A stretch of 64,000 nucleotides of DNA, from the NCBI GenBank assembly GCA_965216875.1, contig OZ244207.1:3040001-3104000 (forward strand). Direction: 5' to 3'. Below are positions 18,839 to 28,007 of this stretch, piece by piece. The stretch comes from Rubripirellula sp. Lineage in GTDB: Bacteria > Planctomycetota > Planctomycetia > Pirellulales > Pirellulaceae. Both the position numbers and the translations under genes were made by a program. The notes under the pieces are model-generated. The model made no database searches. It saw only the letters and a program-made list of their open reading frames with translations, and was not told where the DNA came from. Position 1 is the stretch's first letter; each line of letters starts with the position of its first letter.

Positions 18839-19993
18839 TCACGCCTCCGATTGGGGCATGCGTTGGGGAGTCCACGTCGCAAAACTGCGGCCAGTGAAGA
18901 CTTTGAATACACCAATCGCGGCCGCAATATTCGAAAGGCAAAAATAGTAGCACAATTGCGTGGGCTTGAGCCGCTTCATGAACGGCAACTGACTTGTCGC
19001 TGCCGTTAGATAGAACAAGATTTGCAAAACCAGAACCCCGACGAAGAACATGCTTGGCCACATTAGCACGATCAAGGCGTTAGACACCAGTGCGCCAAGC
19101 ATCAAGTAACCGGCGAACCAACGAATCACTTTGTGGCAAAACAATTGCCACGAGAAGATCCCGGTTTTCAAAGGATTCAGCGCGGCTGGATTTCGCAGCA
19201 CTGCGCGAAAACTTCGATTGACGATCCGCACCTTGCGCCGAAATTCGCCCTGAAAACTGGGAGCCGCTTCCTCAAAGCACATTGCCGACGGTTCAAAAAC
19301 ACCTCGGTAGCCTGAAGCGACAATTCGAAGCGGGATGACGAAGTCGTTGATGTCATCTGCCTTAAGCGGACTAAACAAATCGCGTCGAATCGCCATGATC
19401 GCACCGTCACCGCCGACGACGCTGCTAAGGCGACCTTCCCAAGCTTTGAGAACGAGCTCGAAGTCCCAGTAAGTGTTTTCCGATTCTTGGGCCGCGCCAT
19501 CGCCCTCTTCGTATTTTTGGCGACCGACAACGTAACCGACCTCATCGCGATCAAACCGGCCCGCCAAGTGACGGACTGCGTCGGACCGGTACATTGAGTT
19601 TGCGTCGCTGAAAACGATGATGTCGCCGGTGAATCGATCTGCAAAAGCCGTGATGCCTGCGGACTTTCCAAGTCTCGGCGTCTGCCGTAACAAGGTCACA
19701 CGGTCATACGAAGATACGATCTCATCAGTCCCATCGTCTGACTCGTCTGAGATCACGACGACTTGCAGTTTGTCCGCGGGGTAATCGAGCGCAAGCGTGT
19801 TGTCGATCTTCTCTGCGATCACCTCCGCTTCATTGAACGCACTGATCACGAAAGTAACGGAAGGTTCTGCCGAACCTGCGTCGTGCTCTCGCCGCAACCT
19901 CGACAGGAGAAAGAGTGCGGCTGGATAGACGGTGTAGGGTGTCACCACGCCCAGCACGCACAGCCAAAACAGTACGATGATCGTCGTTTCCAT
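18839..19993 (-). CDS. GT2 (CESA-like) glycosyltransferase
   Basis: SAFNEA, SDESDDGTD, GKS, SDAN, NDF, RRKVR. Confidence 0.9.
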   Translation of the reverse strand: METTIIVLFWLCVLGVVTPYTVYPAALFLLSRLRREHDAGSAEPSVTFVISAFNEAEVIAEKIDNTLALDYPADKLQVVVISDESDDGTDEIVSSYDRVTLLRQTPRLGKSAGITAFADRFTGDIIVFSDANSMYRSDAVRHLAGRFDRDEVGYVVGRQKYEEGDGAAQESENTYWDFELVLKAWEGRLSSVVGGDGAIMAIRRDLFSPLKADDINDFVIPLRIVASGYRGVFEPSAMCFEEAAPSFQGEFRRKVRIVNRSFRAVLRNPAALNPLKTGIFSWQLFCHKVIRWFAGYLMLGALVSNALIVLMWPSMFFVGVLVLQILFYLTAATSQLPFMKRLKPTQLCYYFCLSNIAAAIGVFKVFTGRSFATWTPQRMPQSEA

Positions 19994-20076
19994 CAATCTA
20001 CTTCAGACCGGCGTTTGCACACCCGGCCAGACGGTGTTCTCTCGGCGAACAATACAAAGCTAGCGACCGGTTTCAT

Positions 20077-20817
20077 CTAAGACATTCCGAGGCGTTTCCG
20101 CACAGACCGGCCAACCGCACGAGCAAAGTGTCTTGCGGCTTCGGGAACCGTCGGCTCACGGAGCAAAATGTTGTCGTAGACGAGCATCAACCGCTGCTTT
20201 TCAAAACGGTCGGCTTCAGCTTTCAAACGAGCGTTGGCTTCTACAACACTTTTCTTGATGTATAGAAATGCGTTCTGCGAATAGAACCGTTCAACATTCG
20301 GGTTCTGCCAGACCATTGGCCGAATTGGATCCAAAGCGACATACCCGTGATTCAGGAATCGTTGTGCCCAATACGAAGGCCACTGTTCATTCAAATGGTC
20401 CACGCCACCCTGGCCTGGGACTGCAGCCGAAAAAAGCACACAGTCGGAAAGCGACACGAGGAATTCAACGAAGCCGTCGGCAGCCTCCGGCGGAAGATGC
20501 TCAGCGACCTCCAACGTCATCGCCAAATCAAATCGCCTACCTTGCTCGGGTGACTCAGTCAGGTCGACTGGACGAAACGATTCGGCGGGAATCTGCAGCT
20601 GAGACTTGTCAACGTAGTCGCCATCTAGCCCAACGATGTCACTGACGCCGAGCTCGACACTTGCCGCTAACCAAGTCCCTACGCCACATCCGACATCGAC
20701 GATGCTTGACGGCATTCCCACCCACTCAAAGGCAATGGGAAGAACTTGCGCGGCAGATCGACGAGATCCGTCGCGTTGGTGCTCGTAAAATTCCTGGTCG
20801 TATGGAGAGTCAGACAT
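20077..20817 (-). CDS. Class I SAM methyltransferase (polysaccharide-associated)
   Basis: VDVGCGVGTW, LEVAEHL, FSAAVPGQGG..HLNEQ. Confidence 0.85.
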   Translation of the reverse strand: MSDSPYDQEFYEHQRDGSRRSAAQVLPIAFEWVGMPSSIVDVGCGVGTWLAASVELGVSDIVGLDGDYVDKSQLQIPAESFRPVDLTESPEQGRRFDLAMTLEVAEHLPPEAADGFVEFLVSLSDCVLFSAAVPGQGGVDHLNEQWPSYWAQRFLNHGYVALDPIRPMVWQNPNVERFYSQNAFLYIKKSVVEANARLKAEADRFEKQRLMLVYDNILLREPTVPEAARHFARAVGRSVRKRLGMS

Positions 20818-20919
20818 CAGTCACTAAGCATTTATGAAGTTGGAAGTGTTCGGTTTGATGTCGCAGATTGAGCGAACTCAATTTGCACCACAAACTACGA
20901 TAAAGACGATAGGCATCGA

Positions 20920-21912
20920 CTAGGACTTATCCGCAAACAAGGCGTGCAAAATGGAGTCCTTTGTCGAATGCCAGCGTTGAATGCGTTCCTCGCGAGCCCG
21001 ATTGGCACCTTTGACAAGCACCTCGTGATTTGCTTGACAGTAACGAACAGCCTCGGCGATCCCTCGCGCTGAGTTGTCAACGTGTACTGCTCCGCTGGCA
21101 AATGACTCTTTGAGGATCGGCCAATCCGAAACGATGACAGGTGTTCCCTGGTAAATCGCTTCCCAGGCACCCCGCAGCATCGTGTGGTCACGTGTCGTCA
21201 GAGACATCACCACGTCGGAGCGTGTCAACAAGTCTCCAAACGCCGAGTCCGAAATGAAGCCGGTTAGAGTCACGTTTTCTGGCTTCGCCTCAATCAACGC
21301 AGGATCGAGGTGCTTCGGGTTTCCGGTAAAGTAGAAATGGACATCCGGAACGGCGCGAGCTGCCTCCATGATCTCGGCAATCGGTTCGTCGGGATTGAAT
21401 GAGCAGACGGCGGTGACGTTGAATCCATCGGAAAGGTCATACCTCTCATCAATCTCGTACACGACGGGAACATCTTTCACGATCACCGTTTTGCCACCAT
21501 TTGCCTCGACAAGATCGCGCAAGTGCTCATTGTGAACGATGTTGACCGCGGCGCGACGGCCGAGTGCGTGTTGCAACCATTGCAACCTCTTCCAGCGAGG
21601 GTGCATGAACGCGGCAGTGTGACAATCCATTGCGAACGGGCGCCGCGTGATGAACTGATAGATTGCCGCAGCAAAAACTGCAACGACTGGCGGCGACATC
21701 ACAATCACCGCGTGCGGTCGATGCTTCAGCAGTAACCACGCCGACATAAAGAACTGCCCGATGTATTTTGGCAAGATCGTTAGCGGATGGCTCCCGAATA
21801 CAGGCAGGTACACCATATAAGATTGGCCGCCAAGCTCGCGCGCAGTGTGATCGCTGCGGCTACAAGATTGCGCCCACGACAGATAGAGGATTTTTTCGCG
21901 GACTCTTGTCAT
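20920..21912 (-). CDS. GT4 glycosyltransferase
   Basis: GT-B C-terminal motif WEAIYQGTPVIVSD; start 21912 overlaps the upstream stop. Confidence 0.8.
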   Translation of the reverse strand: MTRVREKILYLSWAQSCSRSDHTARELGGQSYMVYLPVFGSHPLTILPKYIGQFFMSAWLLLKHRPHAVIVMSPPVVAVFAAAIYQFITRRPFAMDCHTAAFMHPRWKRLQWLQHALGRRAAVNIVHNEHLRDLVEANGGKTVIVKDVPVVYEIDERYDLSDGFNVTAVCSFNPDEPIAEIMEAARAVPDVHFYFTGNPKHLDPALIEAKPENVTLTGFISDSAFGDLLTRSDVVMSLTTRDHTMLRGAWEAIYQGTPVIVSDWPILKESFASGAVHVDNSARGIAEAVRYCQANHEVLVKGANRAREERIQRWHSTKDSILHALFADKS

Positions 21913-23156
21913 CGCGCACTCGCAACGGGAATCGTGTTGGCGGTCCGTCGACGGTGATAGTCCTCGACGGCTTGATGACAATGCTTGTCAAACTGCTTCG
22001 CGATAAGCTCGGGCGAGTAATGAGTGCGGACAAGCTCCTGACCACGATGTGATAGCTGGGCGCGTTGCTGGTCGTCTCCAAACAGCCGCGTCAATGCCGC
22101 GACCACTTGCTCGTCGGTGTCAGCCAGCTCTAGATCCTTGCCATCTTCGACATCGAGGCCTTCAGCTCCTAGCGGGGTGCTTAGTACCGGGCACCCCATC
22201 GCCATCGCTTCAAAAATCTTCAATCTCGTCCCGCCGCCACAGTAAAGCGGGACAACACTTAACCAGGCCCGCTCCAAATAGGGACGCGTGTCATCGACGG
22301 TCCCCGTCACTTCGACCCCCGGCAGATCCGTCAACGCCTGAATGCTGGACGGTGGGTTTCGCCCTACGATCGTGAACGTCGCATCGGAAACTTGCTCTTT
22401 TACCGACGGCCAAATCTTGGACGCAAAATGCAAGACTCCCTCGCGATTCGGCGTCCAATCCATCGACCCGACAAAAACACAGTTTGGTATTTCCGATTTC
22501 ACCGCGGACGCGTTCGGACGGAAGTGTTCGATGTCAACGGCCGTGTCAATCGTTCCGACGTGATTCCAATCGTATCGATGCTGAAACTGCTGTTGGTCCC
22601 TTTTACTCACTGCAACCACTCGATCAAAATCGCATCCAGCCATCCCTTCAAAGCGCCGCATACGCTTGGCCTGCAAACCCAAGTACTTTGCCCAAGGCCC
22701 AGTCGCGTTGGCTGAAAGCCGCTCGAATATCTCGGCTTCAACGTTGTGCTGGAACAACAATTTCGGCACGGCTAGCCCAATACAGTTACGCGCCATTTGC
22801 ACGAAGTCGCAGACCAACAAGTCAATGTGACCGGCATCGACCAGCTCAGTCGCCATCGATCGCAACCGTGAGTCAAAATCCTTGTCAACGTTAAGTGGAA
22901 AGGGTGACAGCAAGTTCTTCAACGCACTCCCGATGAATCGCGCGCTTCGGCGAGGAGGCTCGTCCCAGGGAATCGCCACCAAATCAACACCGATCGCTTC
23001 GAATTCTTCGACGTGTTTCTGTTCTGACTCGAGCAGGTTGCAGAGATAGGTCACTTCGTGCCAGCGGGCGAGGTGCCGCAACACGTTCAATGTGCGAATC
23101 TTGCCACCGGTGTTTGCCGGCAGCAGCAACCGTTTTTGAAGAAAGAGTATCCGCAC
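21909..23156 (-). CDS. GT4 glycosyltransferase
   Basis: GGKIRT, HNVE, FVGSMDWTPN, GGGTRLKIFEAMAMG. Confidence 0.9.
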   Translation of the reverse strand: MRILFLQKRLLLPANTGGKIRTLNVLRHLARWHEVTYLCNLLESEQKHVEEFEAIGVDLVAIPWDEPPRRSARFIGSALKNLLSPFPLNVDKDFDSRLRSMATELVDAGHIDLLVCDFVQMARNCIGLAVPKLLFQHNVEAEIFERLSANATGPWAKYLGLQAKRMRRFEGMAGCDFDRVVAVSKRDQQQFQHRYDWNHVGTIDTAVDIEHFRPNASAVKSEIPNCVFVGSMDWTPNREGVLHFASKIWPSVKEQVSDATFTIVGRNPPSSIQALTDLPGVEVTGTVDDTRPYLERAWLSVVPLYCGGGTRLKIFEAMAMGCPVLSTPLGAEGLDVEDGKDLELADTDEQVVAALTRLFGDDQQRAQLSHRGQELVRTHYSPELIAKQFDKHCHQAVEDYHRRRTANTIPVASAR

Positions 23157-24458
23157 CTATTTCGCAACAAGCTGCGGGCTGGTCGACGGCGCGACCAAAT
23201 CGCTTCGAAGGTCGATGACGGCTCCGTCGTAATCGGCGAACCGCTCAATACGGTCCACGACCTTGGTTGCCACCACAACCAAGTCGGAGTGTTCGAGCAA
23301 TTCTTCAGGGTCTTCGCAAAGAAGCTTTGCGAGGTGCGGAAGGTGCTCGTCGATGTAGTGGCGGTTCGATCCCACCAATGCCGTCACTCGAACATCGGGA
23401 TCGAAGATCTTCAGGTCGTAGCCTTGCCCGACCAGCGATTCGGCCAACATGACCTGCGGACTTTCACGCAAGTCATCGGTCCCTGCTTTGAAACTCAACC
23501 CCACCAGTCCAACCTTCTTCGTCCCGCTCTCACGAACGAGTTTGATGGCTCGATCCAGATGAGACTGATTGGATGGCAGCAGAGACTGAATCAGATCGCA
23601 GTTGATCCCTTCTTGCTGAGCGTATCGGCGCAACGCACGAACGTCTTTCGGCAAACAGGATCCTCCGAACGCAAAGCCGGGCCGCATGTAGGCGGTCGAG
23701 ATGTTTAGTTGCGTGTCTTTGCAAACGATTTCCATCACTTCGCGGCCATCGGCACCAAAGGACTTGGCGAGCGTTCCAATTTCGTTTGCAAAGCCTACTT
23801 TCAAGGCGTGGAAAGCGTTGCACGTGTACTTGATCATTGCCGCCACACGCGTGTTGGTGACGATTTTTTCGCAATCGAGATTGCTGTAGAGCGCAAGTGC
23901 GGTCGCTGCCGACTCATCGCAATCGGCTCCGATCAAGACATAGGGTGGGTGATCGTAATCGGAAATGGCCGTAGTTTCTCGCAAGAACTCGGGGTTTGAA
24001 CAAACCTTGACTCGTTCACCGAGATCACTGCCAAACGCTTCCTTCAACGTGGGCACGAGCACGTCTTCCAACACACCGGGCAACAACGTCGATCGCACGA
24101 CGACCGTAAGCGCGTGGTCATTGTCTCGCAGTGCGTGGCCGATCTCTTCAACGACCTTTTTGACGACCCGATAGTTGACACTTCCATCATCGCCCGACGG
24201 CGTCCCGACAGCGATCAACGCAACATCACTCTTCATGATCGCGGAGCGCAGATCGGTCGTGGCCGACAAGCGTTTTGCTGACACCTGCTGACATAGCAGC
24301 TCTTCAAGGCCCGGTTCAAAAATTGGCGATACGCCGGCGTTGATTGCATCGACTTTCGTCGAATCGATATCGACGCCGGTCACTTCGTTGCCATCCCGAC
24401 TAAGGCATGCCGCCGTGACGCAGCCGACGTACCCCATTCCGATTACAGCAATTCGCAT
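23157..24458 (-). CDS. Nucleotide-sugar 6-dehydrogenase, AlgD-like (GDP-mannose/UDP-glucose dehydrogenase family)
   Basis: GMGYVG, VGTPS, NPEFLRE, YMRPGFAFGGSCLPKD, LSFKAGTDDLRESP. Confidence 0.9.
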   Translation of the reverse strand: MRIAVIGMGYVGCVTAACLSRDGNEVTGVDIDSTKVDAINAGVSPIFEPGLEELLCQQVSAKRLSATTDLRSAIMKSDVALIAVGTPSGDDGSVNYRVVKKVVEEIGHALRDNDHALTVVVRSTLLPGVLEDVLVPTLKEAFGSDLGERVKVCSNPEFLRETTAISDYDHPPYVLIGADCDESAATALALYSNLDCEKIVTNTRVAAMIKYTCNAFHALKVGFANEIGTLAKSFGADGREVMEIVCKDTQLNISTAYMRPGFAFGGSCLPKDVRALRRYAQQEGINCDLIQSLLPSNQSHLDRAIKLVRESGTKKVGLVGLSFKAGTDDLRESPQVMLAESLVGQGYDLKIFDPDVRVTALVGSNRHYIDEHLPHLAKLLCEDPEELLEHSDLVVVATKVVDRIERFADYDGAVIDLRSDLVAPSTSPQLVAK

Positions 24459-24572
24459 CTTGATTCCCAAAAACTCATACTAACGGGTGGCATTTCAATG
24501 AAGATAATGACGGCGTGGCGAGCGTCGAGCGAAACCAGGTGACGACGTGAGTGTATTCCGAATTGGGACGTG

Positions 24573-25778
24573 CTATCCGGCATAATCGTCAATAGCCTCT
24601 TGAAGCACCGCCACCGCACGCTCGGCGGTGACGTCCCAGGTACGCTGCTCCATTACCGATCGAATCTTGGCTCGGTCCCAAGGTTTCGACAGCGCCGCGG
24701 CAATCACCGGAGCCGCCGCACTTGCAGTACGCTCCGGAATGAGTGCTCCGCGGCTGGAATCGGCCAGTTCATCGCGAATCCCGCCAACGGCAGTGCCGAC
24801 CGCCGGAGTCCCACACGCGAGTGCCTCAAGCAGCACGTTCGGCGAGCCTTCTCGAGAGGACATCATTGCGTACAAGTCGGCCGAGTTGTACCAGTCGATC
24901 AACTCAGCATGTGGCTTTGGACCCGCAAAGAGGACCTGTCCCACGAGTCCCAAGCCTTTTACACGTGCCTCGATCTCTGCCGTATAGTCCCGTCCGAACC
25001 GGCCCGCTCCACCAACAATCACGTAGAACGCGTCAGGATGGGTCCTAAGCACTTCCGCGAGAGCCCCGACGATCAGGTGATACCCTTTCAACTCGAGCCG
25101 GTCACCGACCGAGAGAATGATTTTTTTGTCATGGGGAAGACCCAACTCGGCTCGACATTGCACGCGGTCTTTTGGATGGAACTTACTTGTGTCGATTCCA
25201 TTTGGAATGACACGGACGGACTCATCGGCCGCCCCGTTAGTTCGCATCGCAGCAGCAATTTGTTCACTTACACCAATGCATCGCGTCGATTCGCTGAGCG
25301 CCCAGCGAATCTTGTTTCCAATCAGTGGCAACTGAGGGAAACGCTCCATGTCTTCTCCCCGCCCCGTCATCACAACAGGGACCCGGTAGCGTTTGCCTAA
25401 CATGGCCGCCAAAGCACCCGCTGGATAGACATAGTGTGCATCGATCACGTCAAACTCAAACTCGTCACGAATCCGATCAACAGTCCCCGTCACCGTCGCT
25501 TTCATCAATTGCGGGTGGATGTAGCCGCCAATTTTTGGCGGCAATAAGTAACGCGGATTCTCGACTTGCAAACCGTCAAAGACTTCACTTTTCGGGTACT
25601 GTGACCAGCGGTACCACTTTTCAAACCGCTTCACTGGTGGGAACCAGGGGGTTGGGGACAGCACGCGCACCGAAACACCCTCTGCCCGATCCATCGCTTT
25701 AAGGCGTTCTTTTACGAACAGTCCACGCGTCGGGTCGGCGACCGAGGGAAACGTCGCTGAGATAGCAAGTACTTTCAT
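24573..25778 (-). CDS. GT4 glycosyltransferase
   Basis: DAHYVYP, IPNGID, LKG, REGSPNVLLEALACG. Start MKVLAIS lies downstream of the REP pair. Confidence 0.9.
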   Translation of the reverse strand: MKVLAISATFPSVADPTRGLFVKERLKAMDRAEGVSVRVLSPTPWFPPVKRFEKWYRWSQYPKSEVFDGLQVENPRYLLPPKIGGYIHPQLMKATVTGTVDRIRDEFEFDVIDAHYVYPAGALAAMLGKRYRVPVVMTGRGEDMERFPQLPLIGNKIRWALSESTRCIGVSEQIAAAMRTNGAADESVRVIPNGIDTSKFHPKDRVQCRAELGLPHDKKIILSVGDRLELKGYHLIVGALAEVLRTHPDAFYVIVGGAGRFGRDYTAEIEARVKGLGLVGQVLFAGPKPHAELIDWYNSADLYAMMSSREGSPNVLLEALACGTPAVGTAVGGIRDELADSSRGALIPERTASAAAPVIAAALSKPWDRAKIRSVMEQRTWDVTAERAVAVLQEAIDDYAG

Positions 25779-25792
25779 CTTTACAGCGGTTT

Positions 25793-25852
25793 TGTAGGTC
25801 ATGCTCCGCATGACAGGTCTTTAAGGGGCTGTCATGCAGAGCATGACCTACA
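25793..25852. repeat. REP doublet (REPIN-like): two inverted GTAG-type palindromic units
   Basis: 24-bp arms tgtaggtcatgctccgcatgacag / ctgtcatgcagagcatgacctaca (1 mismatch). Each arm is GTAG plus an internal palindrome GTCATGC-nnn-GCATGAC. Confidence 0.8.
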
Positions 25853-25880
25853 CAATGCAGAACAATTCAAGTCTGCGGCA

Positions 25881-28007
25881 CTAGCTTGCGGCCACACACG
25901 TCGGTAGGAACCAACTCGCCCCTTGAAATCGAACACGATCAAAACGGTCACGCGTTTCGTCGCTTAGGTTCGTTGAAGCTTGACCGTCTTTCTCGAACGC
26001 AAGCTCTTCGCGTCCCAATCGTCCAATCGAAGTCACGACTAGCAACGAGCCCGACACAGGGTAAGTCGCTGCGACATGAGCTCCAGGGGTTTTCTTCCCA
26101 TAACCGAAACACCTCCAACCCTCTGGGCGGTCGCCAGCCGCTTGAATAAGGGCGAATTGCTGGGCGTCCACACTACCTTGGCTTGCTAAACTTCCCGAAC
26201 CCCACTTCGCAGCGCCGCCCTCCTGAACGGTTGTCTCAAACGGAAGCTGCCAATACCAGGTCGCCGTCGTTGGGTTCGCCGAGCAAATGAGATCTGCGAT
26301 CCATAGCCCTGTTCCAGGCAAACAGCAAACATAACGCTGATGCGACACCTGACCCCAATCGACTTTCGCTTCACACAACCAGCGATCGGGGCCGAGTTCC
26401 GTATGAAGCTGTGGTCGCGGAACTTCATGAGACCAAGCAATACGCCCAGCGCGGCGCACGAACGGAAACCCATCAATCGAGACGGTGTTATGAGCGCCAG
26501 CGTTTCGAAAGTAGCCCACCCAATCCTGGTCGCCACCGTAGTAGGGCATCCCACAATCGTCCAGGACGGTCTGGCCATCGGCACAATACATCAGTTGCAA
26601 CGTGTCGGCGTGACCGTGCGCTGTCGAAGGTGTCGCATCGGGGAAAAGTCCGGCGGAAATTGAGCCGGCATCCATCAGCAGCCAATCATTCTTGTCGGCG
26701 GCAATTGCATAGCCCGAGTCACGAAACGTCCAACTTCGGTTTTCTGATCTTGGCGATTCCAACGCGTCCCATCGCTTGTTGAAATCGGATCCGCCCAGCC
26801 ACCATGCCTCTTCACCTGGACCAGCGTCATCAATCTTGAGCGCTGCGGCATCAAACATCGACGCCGCGAGGTTTTGCAGCGAGTCAAAGTTCCAGTACTC
26901 GTCATACGCGACGGGAATCGCTCGCGCCGAATCGAGGTCTCCGATTGCTGGCCAAGTTCCATCGGGACGCCGAAACGCGGCGCCTGTCGAAAACGCTGAC
27001 GTGATCGGTTCTTGCAAGGAAGCGAGACCGTTTGCCGAATCACCGCGTCTCTGTTCGACAAGATAGGCCAAGCAAAGGAAGCCCAATGTGTAATAGTGGT
27101 AGCCCACCGCCTGCTCGACGCAAAAATGGTCTTCGTAAAACTGGGCTGGCCCAGATTTCAAAAGCGTGTCGACCGCTTGCGTTCTCCACTGGCTGCTCGA
27201 TGGATCATCAACAAGCGAGGTAACGAACAACAACCCGGCAGCTTCGCCGATCAAGTGGTTGTAGGGACTCGAGTAGTACGAAAAGTGGTCTGCGAGATAC
27301 CGGCCGTGATCCGTCAGTGAATTCGAGATCGCATCGAGATCACCTTGGCTCCAGCCCTTCCACTGCGACATTCCTGCCATCGTCCAGGTCCAGGACATGA
27401 CCCGCATCGCGACCTCGAGAGCACTCGTCCAATTGACTCCCTCGTACAACGGATTCGATTCAATCCAATCGATCAAGAGATGCCGAGCGCGAGTTGCCGA
27501 GTCTTCGCATCCGTTGAGAAGGTAGTTGCGTGACAGTTCGCAAAGGAACTGGTGGCGCGACAGTTCCCACGGATACTTGATGTCGGTTTCGCCAGCCAAG
27601 TTGTACAACGGCAAATCAGCGTAGAAGGTGCGCTCCCACTGATAGCCAGTGCGATCATCAGCGTGCCAATCGACCTCTCCGCTAAAGTCGTATGGATGAC
27701 CTAGCAGTTCCCACTTGCCTTGAAGGATCTTCGCTGCGTTCTCTGCGGCTGTAGTTGCCATACGCTGGTGCTGATTCGGCCAGCGCTGTTTGAGCTCATC
27801 GAGTTCGGCTGAGTCGGTTCCAGGAACAAGAATGGCGCACCGCTGCAGCAACTTCGAGGAATCAAGCGAAGCGACCCGCTCCCGAGCCCCCTCACCCTTT
27901 TTCCACAGCTTCCGCTCACGCCGCTCGGTCATCTTATCGCGCAAGCGGCAACGGATCTCGTCCCCAGACATCCGCCGCAACTTCTTAAGTTTGTTCAGGC
28001 TGCTCAT
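25881..28007 (-). CDS. Heparinase II/III-family protein
   Basis: DIKYPWELSRHQ, NWTSALEVAMR, NHLIGE, EQAVGYH, AHGHAD, AHNT. Confidence 0.88.
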   Translation of the reverse strand: MSSLNKLKKLRRMSGDEIRCRLRDKMTERRERKLWKKGEGARERVASLDSSKLLQRCAILVPGTDSAELDELKQRWPNQHQRMATTAAENAAKILQGKWELLGHPYDFSGEVDWHADDRTGYQWERTFYADLPLYNLAGETDIKYPWELSRHQFLCELSRNYLLNGCEDSATRARHLLIDWIESNPLYEGVNWTSALEVAMRVMSWTWTMAGMSQWKGWSQGDLDAISNSLTDHGRYLADHFSYYSSPYNHLIGEAAGLLFVTSLVDDPSSSQWRTQAVDTLLKSGPAQFYEDHFCVEQAVGYHYYTLGFLCLAYLVEQRRGDSANGLASLQEPITSAFSTGAAFRRPDGTWPAIGDLDSARAIPVAYDEYWNFDSLQNLAASMFDAAALKIDDAGPGEEAWWLGGSDFNKRWDALESPRSENRSWTFRDSGYAIAADKNDWLLMDAGSISAGLFPDATPSTAHGHADTLQLMYCADGQTVLDDCGMPYYGGDQDWVGYFRNAGAHNTVSIDGFPFVRRAGRIAWSHEVPRPQLHTELGPDRWLCEAKVDWGQVSHQRYVCCLPGTGLWIADLICSANPTTATWYWQLPFETTVQEGGAAKWGSGSLASQGSVDAQQFALIQAAGDRPEGWRCFGYGKKTPGAHVAATYPVSGSLLVVTSIGRLGREELAFEKDGQASTNLSDETRDRFDRVRFQGASWFLPTCVAAS

